Shown in pieces: positions 31,050-39,354 of a stretch of DNA of 64,000 nucleotides (position 1 is the first letter of the stretch; each line of letters starts with the position of its first letter). The notes beneath the pieces are model-generated. The model searched no databases, had not been told where the DNA came from, and saw only the letters and a program-made list of their open reading frames with translations. A program made the position numbers and the translations under genes. This stretch comes from a virus (Duplodnaviria; Caudoviricetes). Location: positions 3,788-67,787 of the IMG/VR virus record IMGVR_UViG_3300042564_001032. The stretch is one strand, 5' to 3'.

Positions 31050-31929
31050 TGGAACTATTAGTATGTCTCAGATTAATACTGAGCTAGCAAGGTCATCTAC
31101 TGCCAATATTAGCTTAGATACGGCTGAAAATGGAGGATACGGAGCTATTAACCAAAACTCTTCTAGTAGGCCTTCTGCTAACAATCCTGCTGCCATGAGT
31201 GAATGGTATAGTTATAATCATACAGCAGCAGACCCTGATTTCTTATTGCATTTAAGGTCAAATGACTACACATCTTATCCAGGAAGTGGTACAACTTGGT
31301 ATGACATTAGTGGAAATAGTAACAATGGAACTCTTACTAACAAGTACGCATCAAATCCAATTTATACAGGCTCTGGTTTTGAGTTTCAAGGTTCAAATGC
31401 ATATTCGAGTTACCAATATGGTAGATATGTAAGTTTTCCTAACTACCAATTTGGTAGGGTAAATAGTCAAAACAGGGTTACTCTTGATGTATATTTTTAT
31501 CCTACAGAGTCATCTTATCCAATGATATTAGCAGGGAATAGTTTTAATGGAGAAACTCCTACATATCAGGGATATCAATTATGGACATATGGAACAACTT
31601 TGTATGGAAGGATTTCTGGCGGAGGAACTACTTACGTAGATACTAGCTATTCTTTTTCTTTAAACACTTTTATACATGCTGTATTAACATACGATGGCTC
31701 TACTGCAAGATTATACGTAAATGGCTCATTAGTAAGCTCTTCTTCTATATCAGTTACTATGAACTATGCAGCACCTGGATTATTCTTAATTGGGGCTCAA
31801 TATAACGCTGGTTATGGCACAAATACAGCAGAATTTTATACAGGGTATATAATGGTTGTCAGGCTTTATTCAAGGGCTCTTTCGGGGTCTGAGGTATCAA
31901 CCTTATATTCCCAGGACACGGCGAGTTAA
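31033..31929 (+). CDS. Tail-tip adhesin with a LamG/concanavalin-like domain
   Basis: N-terminal MALPSSGTISMSQINTEL attachment motif. C-terminal HAVLTYDG..RLYVNG...IG...GYI..VRLYSRALS..EV LamG signature. Confidence 0.8.
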   Translation: MALPSSGTISMSQINTELARSSTANISLDTAENGGYGAINQNSSSRPSANNPAAMSEWYSYNHTAADPDFLLHLRSNDYTSYPGSGTTWYDISGNSNNGTLTNKYASNPIYTGSGFEFQGSNAYSSYQYGRYVSFPNYQFGRVNSQNRVTLDVYFYPTESSYPMILAGNSFNGETPTYQGYQLWTYGTTLYGRISGGGTTYVDTSYSFSLNTFIHAVLTYDGSTARLYVNGSLVSSSSISVTMNYAAPGLFLIGAQYNAGYGTNTAEFYTGYIMVVRLYSRALSGSEVSTLYSQDTAS

Positions 31930-31963
31930 TATAATAATTACCTTTGTAAAATAATAAAATAAA

Positions 31964-32149
31964 ATGGAAACAATCGCAGATACATCATACAACCTTAATA
32001 ATTTTGAATTCGTAATTAAGCCTGTTCAGAACTTTTCAGGAATTGACAATAGCCTGTTAATGGTAGGATTGTTGGCTATATTACTATTCGCGTGTTTTAA
32101 AGAAAACATCTCAATAGGATATAATAAGTATATTTGTAAACTAAAATAA
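31964..32149 (+). CDS. Small membrane protein
   Basis: One hydrophobic segment; TACCTTTG at 31939 and an A-rich leader. Confidence 0.45.
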   Translation: METIADTSYNLNNFEFVIKPVQNFSGIDNSLLMVGLLAILLFACFKENISIGYNKYICKLK

Positions 32150-32156
32150 ATAAAGA

Positions 32157-32444
32157 ATGAAAACAATTTATGTAGAACCAGCAAGCATTGAAATTAATGG
32201 TTCGTCTATCGGAACAGTTACCAAGGTAAGCATTAGCGGAAATTGTGAATTATTTGCAACTCAAGTTAGTGTATGGGTAAACATGATGTCAACTTCAGCT
32301 AGCTTTGCTAATAAATCTCTTGTTGTTACCGCAGGTGTTACCTCAACAGGTATTAATTGGGCAGCAGTAGAAGCTGATGTTCTTGATCAATTAGGATTAA
32401 CTAAGTCAGAAGACCAAACTCCAGAGGCTCCTGTAGCTCCTTAA
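32157..32444 (+). CDS. Hypothetical protein (possible fibre assembly factor)
   Basis: 95 aa, preceded by TATATTTG at 32129. Confidence 0.6.
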   Translation: MKTIYVEPASIEINGSSIGTVTKVSISGNCELFATQVSVWVNMMSTSASFANKSLVVTAGVTSTGINWAAVEADVLDQLGLTKSEDQTPEAPVAP

Positions 32445-32460
32445 TTTTCATAAAGTAACT

Positions 32461-32676
32461 ATGAATCAAATAGAAGAGATTATTAAATCTTGGGCTATTT
32501 CATTCAACCCTACAGACGAGCAGCGCGAAATAGCTGCAAATAGACTCAGCATATGTCACTCTTGCGAGCATATTAAAAAAGAATTGCTTGCTGATAGATG
32601 TGGTATATGCGGTTGTCTTTTAAAGGGTAAGGTGTTTAGCCCTAAAGAAAAAGCTTGCCCAGATGGCAGGTTTTAA
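32461..32676 (+). CDS. Small Cys-rich metal-binding protein (DUF6171-like)
   Basis: RLSICHSC...RCGICGCLL..K......CP pattern. Confidence 0.6.
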   Translation: MNQIEEIIKSWAISFNPTDEQREIAANRLSICHSCEHIKKELLADRCGICGCLLKGKVFSPKEKACPDGRF

Positions 32677-32690
32677 TCTTTGGCAAAATA

Positions 32691-32722
32691 TTTGCTTATC
32701 AATATAAGTTAATATATATTTG
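32691..32722 (+). promoter_or_regulatory. Full Bacteroidota sigma-70 promoter (-33/-7)
   Basis: TTTG (32691-4), 20-nt spacer, TATATTTG (32715-22). It is the last intergenic promoter seen upstream of the exported-protein cassette. Confidence 0.7.
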
Positions 32723-32740
32723 TAGGACAAACCTAAAAAC

Positions 32741-33193
32741 ATGGCAAAAGTTAAAAAAACACACCAAGAACTATTAAATTTAGTTCGAGCAGTAAATGTT
32801 CTTGTAAACAATAAAGAGCATGCTGACGCAAATACAAAAGGCGTTAAGAAGTTACAAAAGATAGGTGAAAAGATGAAGACTCATCTAGAAGCTTATAATG
32901 ACAAACTTGATGACATTCGTTTAGAATGCGCTCATACAGACAAAGATGGCTCTTTGTTATTAGATGAGAATGGCGGATACAAATTTAACAAAGAAGGATT
33001 AAAAGAACTTAACAAGAAAGCTAAGACTTTATTAGCTGAAGAATTCGAGTTCTATCAGTTCACTTTCTCTACAGAAGGACTAGAAAAGTATGGTTTCCTT
33101 GAAGGATTCGTAGAAGGTCTAGAGTTTCCTGAACTAGCAGAAACTGAAGATGATGAGGATACTGCAGAAGTAGCTCAAGTTGTAGAAATTTAA
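32741..33193 (+). CDS. Hypothetical protein
   Basis: 150 aa, helical, with an acidic tail. Confidence 0.7.
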   Translation: MAKVKKTHQELLNLVRAVNVLVNNKEHADANTKGVKKLQKIGEKMKTHLEAYNDKLDDIRLECAHTDKDGSLLLDENGGYKFNKEGLKELNKKAKTLLAEEFEFYQFTFSTEGLEKYGFLEGFVEGLEFPELAETEDDEDTAEVAQVVEI

Positions 33194-33194
33194 T

Positions 33195-33683
33195 ATGTCA
33201 AAAACGTTATTATATAAGAAAAGCCTCCTTACATTGGGGGCTTTCTTATTTTCTATACTTGCGTATTCACAAGATATTGTGGTTGCAGAAGTAAAGAACT
33301 CAATAAAATTGGGCCCTTTAGCCGGGAACAGAAAACTAGAGTTCGGAGTTAAGAATATATTAGAAGAGTATTTACAGGAGAGCGGATACAATTTGTCTCC
33401 TAGCTCAAAAAATCAGATATTTGCAGAACTTATTTATATGGATGTGTTAAGCACGAAGAGCAACTTATCCATATTTCATAAGGATGATAACGCTGTTGTG
33501 ATAAGAATGAAAGGATATATAATCAGAGATGGTAAAAAATCTAAAGAGTGTATCGTAGAAGAACAAGCAACAGAAGTATCAACATCAACGCTTATCATTA
33601 GTAACGATGGCAAGTTTAACCAACAGAATCTAAGCACAGCAATTAAAAAGTCGTGTAATTCATTGGTTAACAAGCTGCTATGA
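33195..33683 (+). CDS. Exported short CsgG/TolB-N-like protein
   Basis: Signal peptide (..ILAYS/Q). FGVKNILEEYL and FNQQNLSTAIKKSC segments parallel LGVANITLEYL and FNQSTIGTATKKAL in the CsgG-like protein at 37397. Confidence 0.55.
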   Translation: MSKTLLYKKSLLTLGAFLFSILAYSQDIVVAEVKNSIKLGPLAGNRKLEFGVKNILEEYLQESGYNLSPSSKNQIFAELIYMDVLSTKSNLSIFHKDDNAVVIRMKGYIIRDGKKSKECIVEEQATEVSTSTLIISNDGKFNQQNLSTAIKKSCNSLVNKLL

Positions 33684-35755
33684 TTAAAAAATTATTATTT
33701 CTTGTCACAGTTTTTCAAATATTTGTGACATCTTCAAGTGCTCAAATTAAATTCAGAGCGCTATCTTCCGTAGGTGGAGCATCTCTAAACAGAGGTGGAG
33801 AGTTTGATTACGTTATACAAGCAAATGGGAATGGCAATAGTAATACTAGACAATTGCTATTTGATGTTATGTATGACCAAAAGAACTTTGAAATTATATC
33901 AATAAACCATACAGGCACAGGAGGTAATGGCGGAGTGTTGCCACAGGGGTCTAATATACAATTATCTTGGACTAATTATCCTAACTATACATGGAACTCA
34001 AATACACAGAATAGTACGTCTAATGGTACTACAAACTACCAAAATCAAAACTATACGTTCAATGGGGCTAATGGAGATAATGCAATCATTAGAGCCACTT
34101 TAACCTGGGCAGGAACATCAGCTATGCCGTACACAGGATACGATAGAATGATTGTGGTTAAATTTAGGCTCAAGGCTGCAAGCACAGCTTATACATTTAA
34201 TCCTATTAAATTAAACTTTGTAGCAGGTTGGACTAGCCAGGGTGTAGAAACGCCTACTATTATGGAAACTCCATTATTGACTACCGTTAATATGAATCAG
34301 AACTTTGGAAAGTTTGTTACAGCTAAAGTTGACTTAAACTCTGCTCTACAAGGCCTATCTTCTATAAGAGTTTCTTTTAGGGATACAGCTACAAATCAGG
34401 GTCAATTATTTAACGTGACATCAACAGGGGATGTTGACATTAATCAGTCGCTATTAGCTGCGAATAAAGTGTACGATGTTTCTGTTATGTACGAAATGGA
34501 TAAATTATATGATATTTATAATAGCGCTATAACTATATCTGATTTCACAACAGCTCAAAGCGAGTTTACTAGCATGGGATTAGATGGCTCTAATGGTCAG
34601 AATTTAAAGACAGGTCAGTCTTTATACGCTGCCGACATTAATAGAAACCAAAAGATAGACGGAGGGGATTTGCCTAGATTACTTGCTCAAATTGCAGGGC
34701 TAGATACATTGGTTACATTGCCTGCTCAATACTCAAGAGGTAGTGGCGGATATATGAGTATACCTACATGGAAAGCTACTGACGCATCTAGCTACGCAGG
34801 TCAAACAGAGTGGTGTATTATTAATCCAAATAGCTATGGTCAAGGGATTAGCAGATTGTATATAGACATGAGAGAATTTGCGGGTACAGGAGTAGCTCCT
34901 AATCAAATAAAAAGCTTACAGATATTTGATATATATTCTGGTCCTGTAGAGTATGTAAGTCAAGACGCATCTTGGGCGTTCTTTAAAGTTCCTTCTAATA
35001 TGAGTAAAGTTTCCGATGGAACTTCGTTGTATGCCGGTAACATTAGGAATGTAAATGGCACAAATACAGACTATGCTTTACAGGCTGAGTTTGACTTTAA
35101 CATAAATCCTAATAATTCATGGGGATCGATTACTTCGTCTAATTGGAAGACAATAACAGTTCCTAAATTATACTTAAAGACGGGAGCTATTGGGACGAAT
35201 CAATTTTTGGACTTAAAATATTTGTTATGGGGAGACGTTAATAGGTCGCATTCATCTAGGGTTGTTACATCCGAAAATGGAGCTCCTGTTATACAAGTTA
35301 ATTCTACAGGAGGATTTATTAATACTCCAAACAATGTATCTGCAATAGACGTTACATTATCTAACATGACAATTACATCTAATTCAATAGAAGTACCTGT
35401 TTCAATCAACACTAATGGAGCAAACATGAGCGGCCTTCAATTTGAGTTTGTTTTTGATGAATCTAAATTAAAATTTGAAGAGCTTATTGCTAACGTTCCT
35501 AATTCTTGGTATATATTTGCAAGTAGTAAGAATGGAAGAGTTAAGTTCGGTTCACTAGACCAAACAAAGTCTATTCCAATTAAAGGAGAAAGCGTTCCAT
35601 TTAAGTTGAAGTTTTCTGCAAAAGAAAGCGGTGTTGATATGCTAACTTCTATTAGAGTATCTCAGATAATGGACGCTAGTGATGACAAAGGAAATCAGCT
35701 AGGAATTAACTTAAACTCTACTCAAATAAAACTAACAGGTTATAAAAATTTTTAA
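33680..35755 (+). CDS. Exported cohesin-dockerin-cohesin protein
   Basis: Signal peptide (SSSA/Q); N-terminal cohesin-like LLFDVMYDQKNFE; dockerin-like Ca loop ADINRNQKIDGGD and GDVNRS; C-terminal cohesin-like IEVPVSI...SGLQFEFVFDESKLKF. Confidence 0.7.
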   Translation: MIKKLLFLVTVFQIFVTSSSAQIKFRALSSVGGASLNRGGEFDYVIQANGNGNSNTRQLLFDVMYDQKNFEIISINHTGTGGNGGVLPQGSNIQLSWTNYPNYTWNSNTQNSTSNGTTNYQNQNYTFNGANGDNAIIRATLTWAGTSAMPYTGYDRMIVVKFRLKAASTAYTFNPIKLNFVAGWTSQGVETPTIMETPLLTTVNMNQNFGKFVTAKVDLNSALQGLSSIRVSFRDTATNQGQLFNVTSTGDVDINQSLLAANKVYDVSVMYEMDKLYDIYNSAITISDFTTAQSEFTSMGLDGSNGQNLKTGQSLYAADINRNQKIDGGDLPRLLAQIAGLDTLVTLPAQYSRGSGGYMSIPTWKATDASSYAGQTEWCIINPNSYGQGISRLYIDMREFAGTGVAPNQIKSLQIFDIYSGPVEYVSQDASWAFFKVPSNMSKVSDGTSLYAGNIRNVNGTNTDYALQAEFDFNINPNNSWGSITSSNWKTITVPKLYLKTGAIGTNQFLDLKYLLWGDVNRSHSSRVVTSENGAPVIQVNSTGGFINTPNNVSAIDVTLSNMTITSNSIEVPVSINTNGANMSGLQFEFVFDESKLKFEELIANVPNSWYIFASSKNGRVKFGSLDQTKSIPIKGESVPFKLKFSAKESGVDMLTSIRVSQIMDASDDKGNQLGINLNSTQIKLTGYKNF

Positions 35756-35756
35756 T

Positions 35757-36119
35757 ATGAAAAATAAGTTCATTTTAGTTTGTATCGTTACGCTTATCAT
35801 GATGGCTTGTACTAAAATAGATTTAGTGATGCCAGAAGTGATTGATTTAGGCGTTAAATCGACTTCAACATCTATTAAGTCTATAAAGCAATCAGCCAAC
35901 ATAATTACGGCTGAATTTGGCACTACTGCGGGGTCAAAATACTCTATTCAGATAGTTCCATTTGGCTCAGACCAACCTGTTAAGAAAGAAGGATTTACAG
36001 CATCTAGCGATGTAACAACAAAAGTATTAGACCTATCAAATTTGGATAAGAAAGATTATGACCTTATTTTTATAGATATTGATGGGAAAGAAGTTAAATA
36101 CCCTATAATTATAAAATAA
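35757..36119 (+). CDS. Lipoprotein made of a T9SS C-terminal-domain-like Ig fold
   Basis: Lipobox-like LIMMAC. The C-terminus VLDLSNLDKKDYDLIFIDIDGKEVKYPIIIK resembles the type-A CTD pattern (idlS.L..G.Y.l....g......iiK). Confidence 0.55.
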   Translation: MKNKFILVCIVTLIMMACTKIDLVMPEVIDLGVKSTSTSIKSIKQSANIITAEFGTTAGSKYSIQIVPFGSDQPVKKEGFTASSDVTTKVLDLSNLDKKDYDLIFIDIDGKEVKYPIIIK

Positions 36120-36124
36120 ATTTT

Positions 36125-36445
36125 ATGTCAGAAGAACAACAAGAAGGCACAATGTCTAGTCTAAAAAAAACCGTTGTAGGTACTTTGGCTACAGTTGTAA
36201 CAGCAGGTGGTGCTTGGTTAGGATCAACATTATTTGGTGGTGGAAGCGACGATAAAGCTACTCCTGCACCAGCTCCTGTAATCAATATTACTAACTCTAA
36301 CCAACAAGCTCAACAAGCTAGTGGTGGTACTACTATTATTAAAGAAAGAGTTGTAGAAAAACCTGCAGCACAACCAGCTGCTAAACCTGAAAAGAACAAG
36401 AAAAAAGAAGGCGACGAGTTCAAAGAAGAAGCTCCTAAATGGTAA
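36125..36445 (+). CDS. Membrane-anchored protein with Pro/Ala/Lys linker
   Basis: One hydrophobic Gly-rich segment followed by a low-complexity tail. Confidence 0.6.
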   Translation: MSEEQQEGTMSSLKKTVVGTLATVVTAGGAWLGSTLFGGGSDDKATPAPAPVINITNSNQQAQQASGGTTIIKERVVEKPAAQPAAKPEKNKKKEGDEFKEEAPKW

Positions 36446-36448
36446 TAT

Positions 36449-36589
36449 ATGGCTAACGCACAGAAAAAGAAAAAACCAATGAGAAGCAGAAGGTCTGGCT
36501 TAAAGACTTCTGCAATTATAAAACACAATCAACAAATAATAAATAACATATGGACAGCAAACAGCAATCAGGTTTTAAAGACCTGTTAA
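36449..36589 (+). CDS. Small basic protein (46 aa, not in the ORF track)
   Basis: MANAQKKKKPMRSRRSGLK...; fills the gap between two cassette genes. Confidence 0.4.
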   Translation: MANAQKKKKPMRSRRSGLKTSAIIKHNQQIINNIWTANSNQVLKTC

Positions 36590-37146
36590 ACAATTTGATG
36601 CAGAAAAGATGGTATGTAACAGCCATCGTACTAGGGATATTTGTGCTTATATTGCTAGGGTTATTTGTAGCAGTAGCGATAGGTATTGAAATCCCTGCAG
36701 GACTGAGAGAAATATTGTTACTATTGGTCGGAGTGTTTAGCGGTAGCTATAATAAGATTATAGACTACTATTACTCTGACGCAGATAAGGATAAGTTACT
36801 TGTTCAAAAAATGGACGAAGAAGATGGTGTATCTCTTTCTCATGCAAATGATATGAAGGAGACGAATAAGCCAGCTGGACCAGCTATTCCTGATGCCTTT
36901 GTTGCAGGTGCTCAAGCTGCTAGAGAACTAGCTGTTGTAGAAAACAAGCAGAACTATGATTTAAATAAAGATGAGCAAGAGCACAGACAGGCTATGGAGG
37001 TTGACAAGCAAGAGCATGAGCAAGAAATGGAGAAACTAGAATTCGAGTTTCATGCGCACAGACAATGTCAACATGAGTGGGGAGATGCGGATAATGACGG
37101 AGAATTAGAATGTCAAATTTGTGGACTCTTAAAAGATAAAGCATAA
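36550..37146 (+). CDS. Two-TM inner-membrane protein with coiled coil and C-terminal C/H motif
   Basis: Two hydrophobic helices, an acidic coiled coil, and CQHEW...CQICG. Confidence 0.65.
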   Translation: MDSKQQSGFKDLLNNLMQKRWYVTAIVLGIFVLILLGLFVAVAIGIEIPAGLREILLLLVGVFSGSYNKIIDYYYSDADKDKLLVQKMDEEDGVSLSHANDMKETNKPAGPAIPDAFVAGAQAARELAVVENKQNYDLNKDEQEHRQAMEVDKQEHEQEMEKLEFEFHAHRQCQHEWGDADNDGELECQICGLLKDKA

Positions 37147-37397
37147 TGAAAAACATCATAATATTAGCGCTCCTATTAGTAGGATGCGCTCCTGTAAAAT
37201 ACGTTTACATAGACCCAAAGGATACGACAAAACTTGTAGAGTTTAGAAAAAGGATTATATATGAAGATGTTTACGTTCCTAATATTGACCCTTTTTGGGG
37301 AAGGCCAAGCTATTGGGCGTTTCAAAATTATTGGTTTCAGCCTAGGATTATATTCACTCCTCCTAGTCGACCTGTCATAACTCAAAGAAGACGTTAA
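37146..37397 (+). CDS. Small lipoprotein
   Basis: Lipobox LLLVGC; aromatic/Pro-rich tail. Confidence 0.65.
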   Translation: MKNIIILALLLVGCAPVKYVYIDPKDTTKLVEFRKRIIYEDVYVPNIDPFWGRPSYWAFQNYWFQPRIIFTPPSRPVITQRRR

Positions 37398-38110
37398 TGA
37401 AAAAGATATTATTTTTTGTAACATTTTTATATACAAATTTGTTACAAGCTCAGGTTGCTAAAACAACTACAGAGAACTACAAGGCTTCGTTTGAGACAAA
37501 GATTGATATAAGTCAGTTTATGGATTATGATGGACCTACTATACCAATACAAATACTTAAATGCGGAATATCAGATGAAATGTATGAACAATACCCTGAG
37601 CTCAAAGAGAAGAGGGTCGGCCTTGGCGTCGCTAATATCACGTTGGAATATCTTGAAAACCTTAACAGATTCACGTTTACAGAAGACAAGACAGAGATTA
37701 AGAATAGAATGGTTAAGCAATTCCAGGCAAGCCAATCAGGAATCACTCAAGATAAGTTGGACGGACGCGGAAAGATTAGACTAGCTCATTACTTTGTTGA
37801 GATAGAATGTTATGACTATAGCGTATCTGAAGACGAAGAGATAAGAGTAAAGGACGGGATAAAGGAAACTGTAGTTACTCGTATAGGTCTACAAGTTAGA
37901 TTTACTAACGCAGAAACAGGGGAAATTATTGCCGCTTCTGGTCTTGGTGAAGCAAAGACAACTAGGGAAGCAAGTTTATTAAACGACGCCAACTTATCAG
38001 AAGTTAAATTTAATCAATCTACCATAGGAACAGCAACTAAAAAAGCGCTAGATATTGCGTGCGCTCGCATCCTAAGTAGAATGGTTAAAAAGAATGTCTT
38101 TACGAAATAA
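37397..38110 (+). CDS. CsgG-family (curli secretion channel / TolB-N fold) exported protein
   Basis: Signal peptide; LGVANITLEYLENLNRFTFTE and IGLQVRFTNAETGEIIAASGLG match the CsgG/FlgO-type pattern (RF.v.er; vrlvd..TGeI). Confidence 0.7.
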   Translation: MKKILFFVTFLYTNLLQAQVAKTTTENYKASFETKIDISQFMDYDGPTIPIQILKCGISDEMYEQYPELKEKRVGLGVANITLEYLENLNRFTFTEDKTEIKNRMVKQFQASQSGITQDKLDGRGKIRLAHYFVEIECYDYSVSEDEEIRVKDGIKETVVTRIGLQVRFTNAETGEIIAASGLGEAKTTREASLLNDANLSEVKFNQSTIGTATKKALDIACARILSRMVKKNVFTK

Positions 38111-39332
38111 GTTTATTTTACTTTACATATCAGTAGTATTACTACCAATATTCTCGTATTCTCAAATAATTACGAGCACTTTCGTAGACCCGTGCACTAA
38201 GAAGGTTACAACATTTGTAGTCCCGATGCAAGGAACTACTATAGTGTTTATGGGTAAGTCAAAATACTTTACATCGGCAGATGTATCTAATGGCAATTTG
38301 ATGGCGTGGATAAATCGGGTATATGCTGAATATGCAGCCCCGTGCCCTGTTGCTCAAGTAACTACACAGGTAGCAACACAGACTGTAGCTAATGCGGTAG
38401 CAGCAAGTGTAGCAGCAGCAGCTCCACCGCCTCCGCCACCAACTCCGCCTCCCGCACCAGCTGCATCGTCCTCGTCGTCGCAAAGTGGGGGTAGTTCTAG
38501 CTCATCTTCGTCACAAAGTGAGGGTAGTTCTTCCAAAAGTGAAGGAGGCTCATCAAAAAGCGAAGAGAGTTCGTCTAAAAGCGAGAGCAAAGAGGAGTCT
38601 AAATCTGAATCTAAGGAGGAAAGCAAAGAGGAGAAGAAGGAAGAGAAGAAGGAGGAAAAGAAAGAAGAGAAGAAAAAAGGGGGTAATAAGGCAGCAATGA
38701 CGCCAATAGTTTTCTCTTCTGATTTAAGTTCTGTTCAAGTGATTGGTGGGGACTTTAGTTTAATGGCTAATTTAGGCCTTTCTAGGTCATCTTTAGCTGG
38801 AGATGTGTCTTACGGCACTACGGCAATTATATGGTCAAATTTGAAGCAATTTGCCCTATCTAGCAGGTATTCCAAGATGCAGTTCAAGGATAACCAATTA
38901 TGTGGCATATCTACCTACTCTTACACAACAGCTTACAATGATGGAAGTTTCACGCATATAGGGGCGTATTCTTATGTAACGATGGTTAAATCCTACATTT
39001 TAGGGTACAATCTAGCTGTTATAGGAATGAGGATACCATCTGAAACAGCTAAACAAATATTTACTATGAGCTCTGTTACGTTGTTTGGTATGAGGGCTAT
39101 AGTTATTAATCGTAGGATTACGATAATACCTGAGTTCTTTTTAATGGGAGCTCCTGTTTCGTATGCTATGGGGTCTAGGGACCTGGGGGTCAATAAGCAG
39201 ATATCTTATATATTTGGGAATACGTTTGACTTGGCTTTATCCAAGAAGTTCAGGATAAGTGCCAATCTTAAGTATATGGGAGGGCCTAGCAGGACAATTG
39301 GACTATTGGTAGGCTCTAGATTTAATTTGTAA
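38094..39332 (+). CDS. Exported protein: small disulfide domain, Pro/Ser/Glu-Lys linker, putative outer-membrane beta-barrel
   Basis: Signal peptide; DPC...CP domain; poly-P, poly-S and (EEKK)n linker; ~210 aa of alternating amphipathic strands ending in GSRFNL. Confidence 0.6.
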   Translation: MSLRNKFILLYISVVLLPIFSYSQIITSTFVDPCTKKVTTFVVPMQGTTIVFMGKSKYFTSADVSNGNLMAWINRVYAEYAAPCPVAQVTTQVATQTVANAVAASVAAAAPPPPPPTPPPAPAASSSSSQSGGSSSSSSSQSEGSSSKSEGGSSKSEESSSKSESKEESKSESKEESKEEKKEEKKEEKKEEKKKGGNKAAMTPIVFSSDLSSVQVIGGDFSLMANLGLSRSSLAGDVSYGTTAIIWSNLKQFALSSRYSKMQFKDNQLCGISTYSYTTAYNDGSFTHIGAYSYVTMVKSYILGYNLAVIGMRIPSETAKQIFTMSSVTLFGMRAIVINRRITIIPEFFLMGAPVSYAMGSRDLGVNKQISYIFGNTFDLALSKKFRISANLKYMGGPSRTIGLLVGSRFNL

Positions 39333-39337
39333 ATTTG
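39330..39337 (+). promoter_or_regulatory. -7 promoter element for the lysis module
   Basis: TAAATTTG before the ATG at 39355. Confidence 0.55.
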
Positions 39338-39354
39338 CGTTAAATTATAAAACA

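Noticed and set aside
24381-31929. Diversity-generating retroelement or invertase shufflon acting on the fibre
   Set aside because: No reverse transcriptase, recombinase, TR/VR pair or inverted crossover sites were seen.
33195-39332. A bona fide curli (csgBAC/DEFG) operon
   Set aside because: No curlin repeat protein or CsgE/F-like gene was recognised, and the CsgG-like proteins lack the lipobox.
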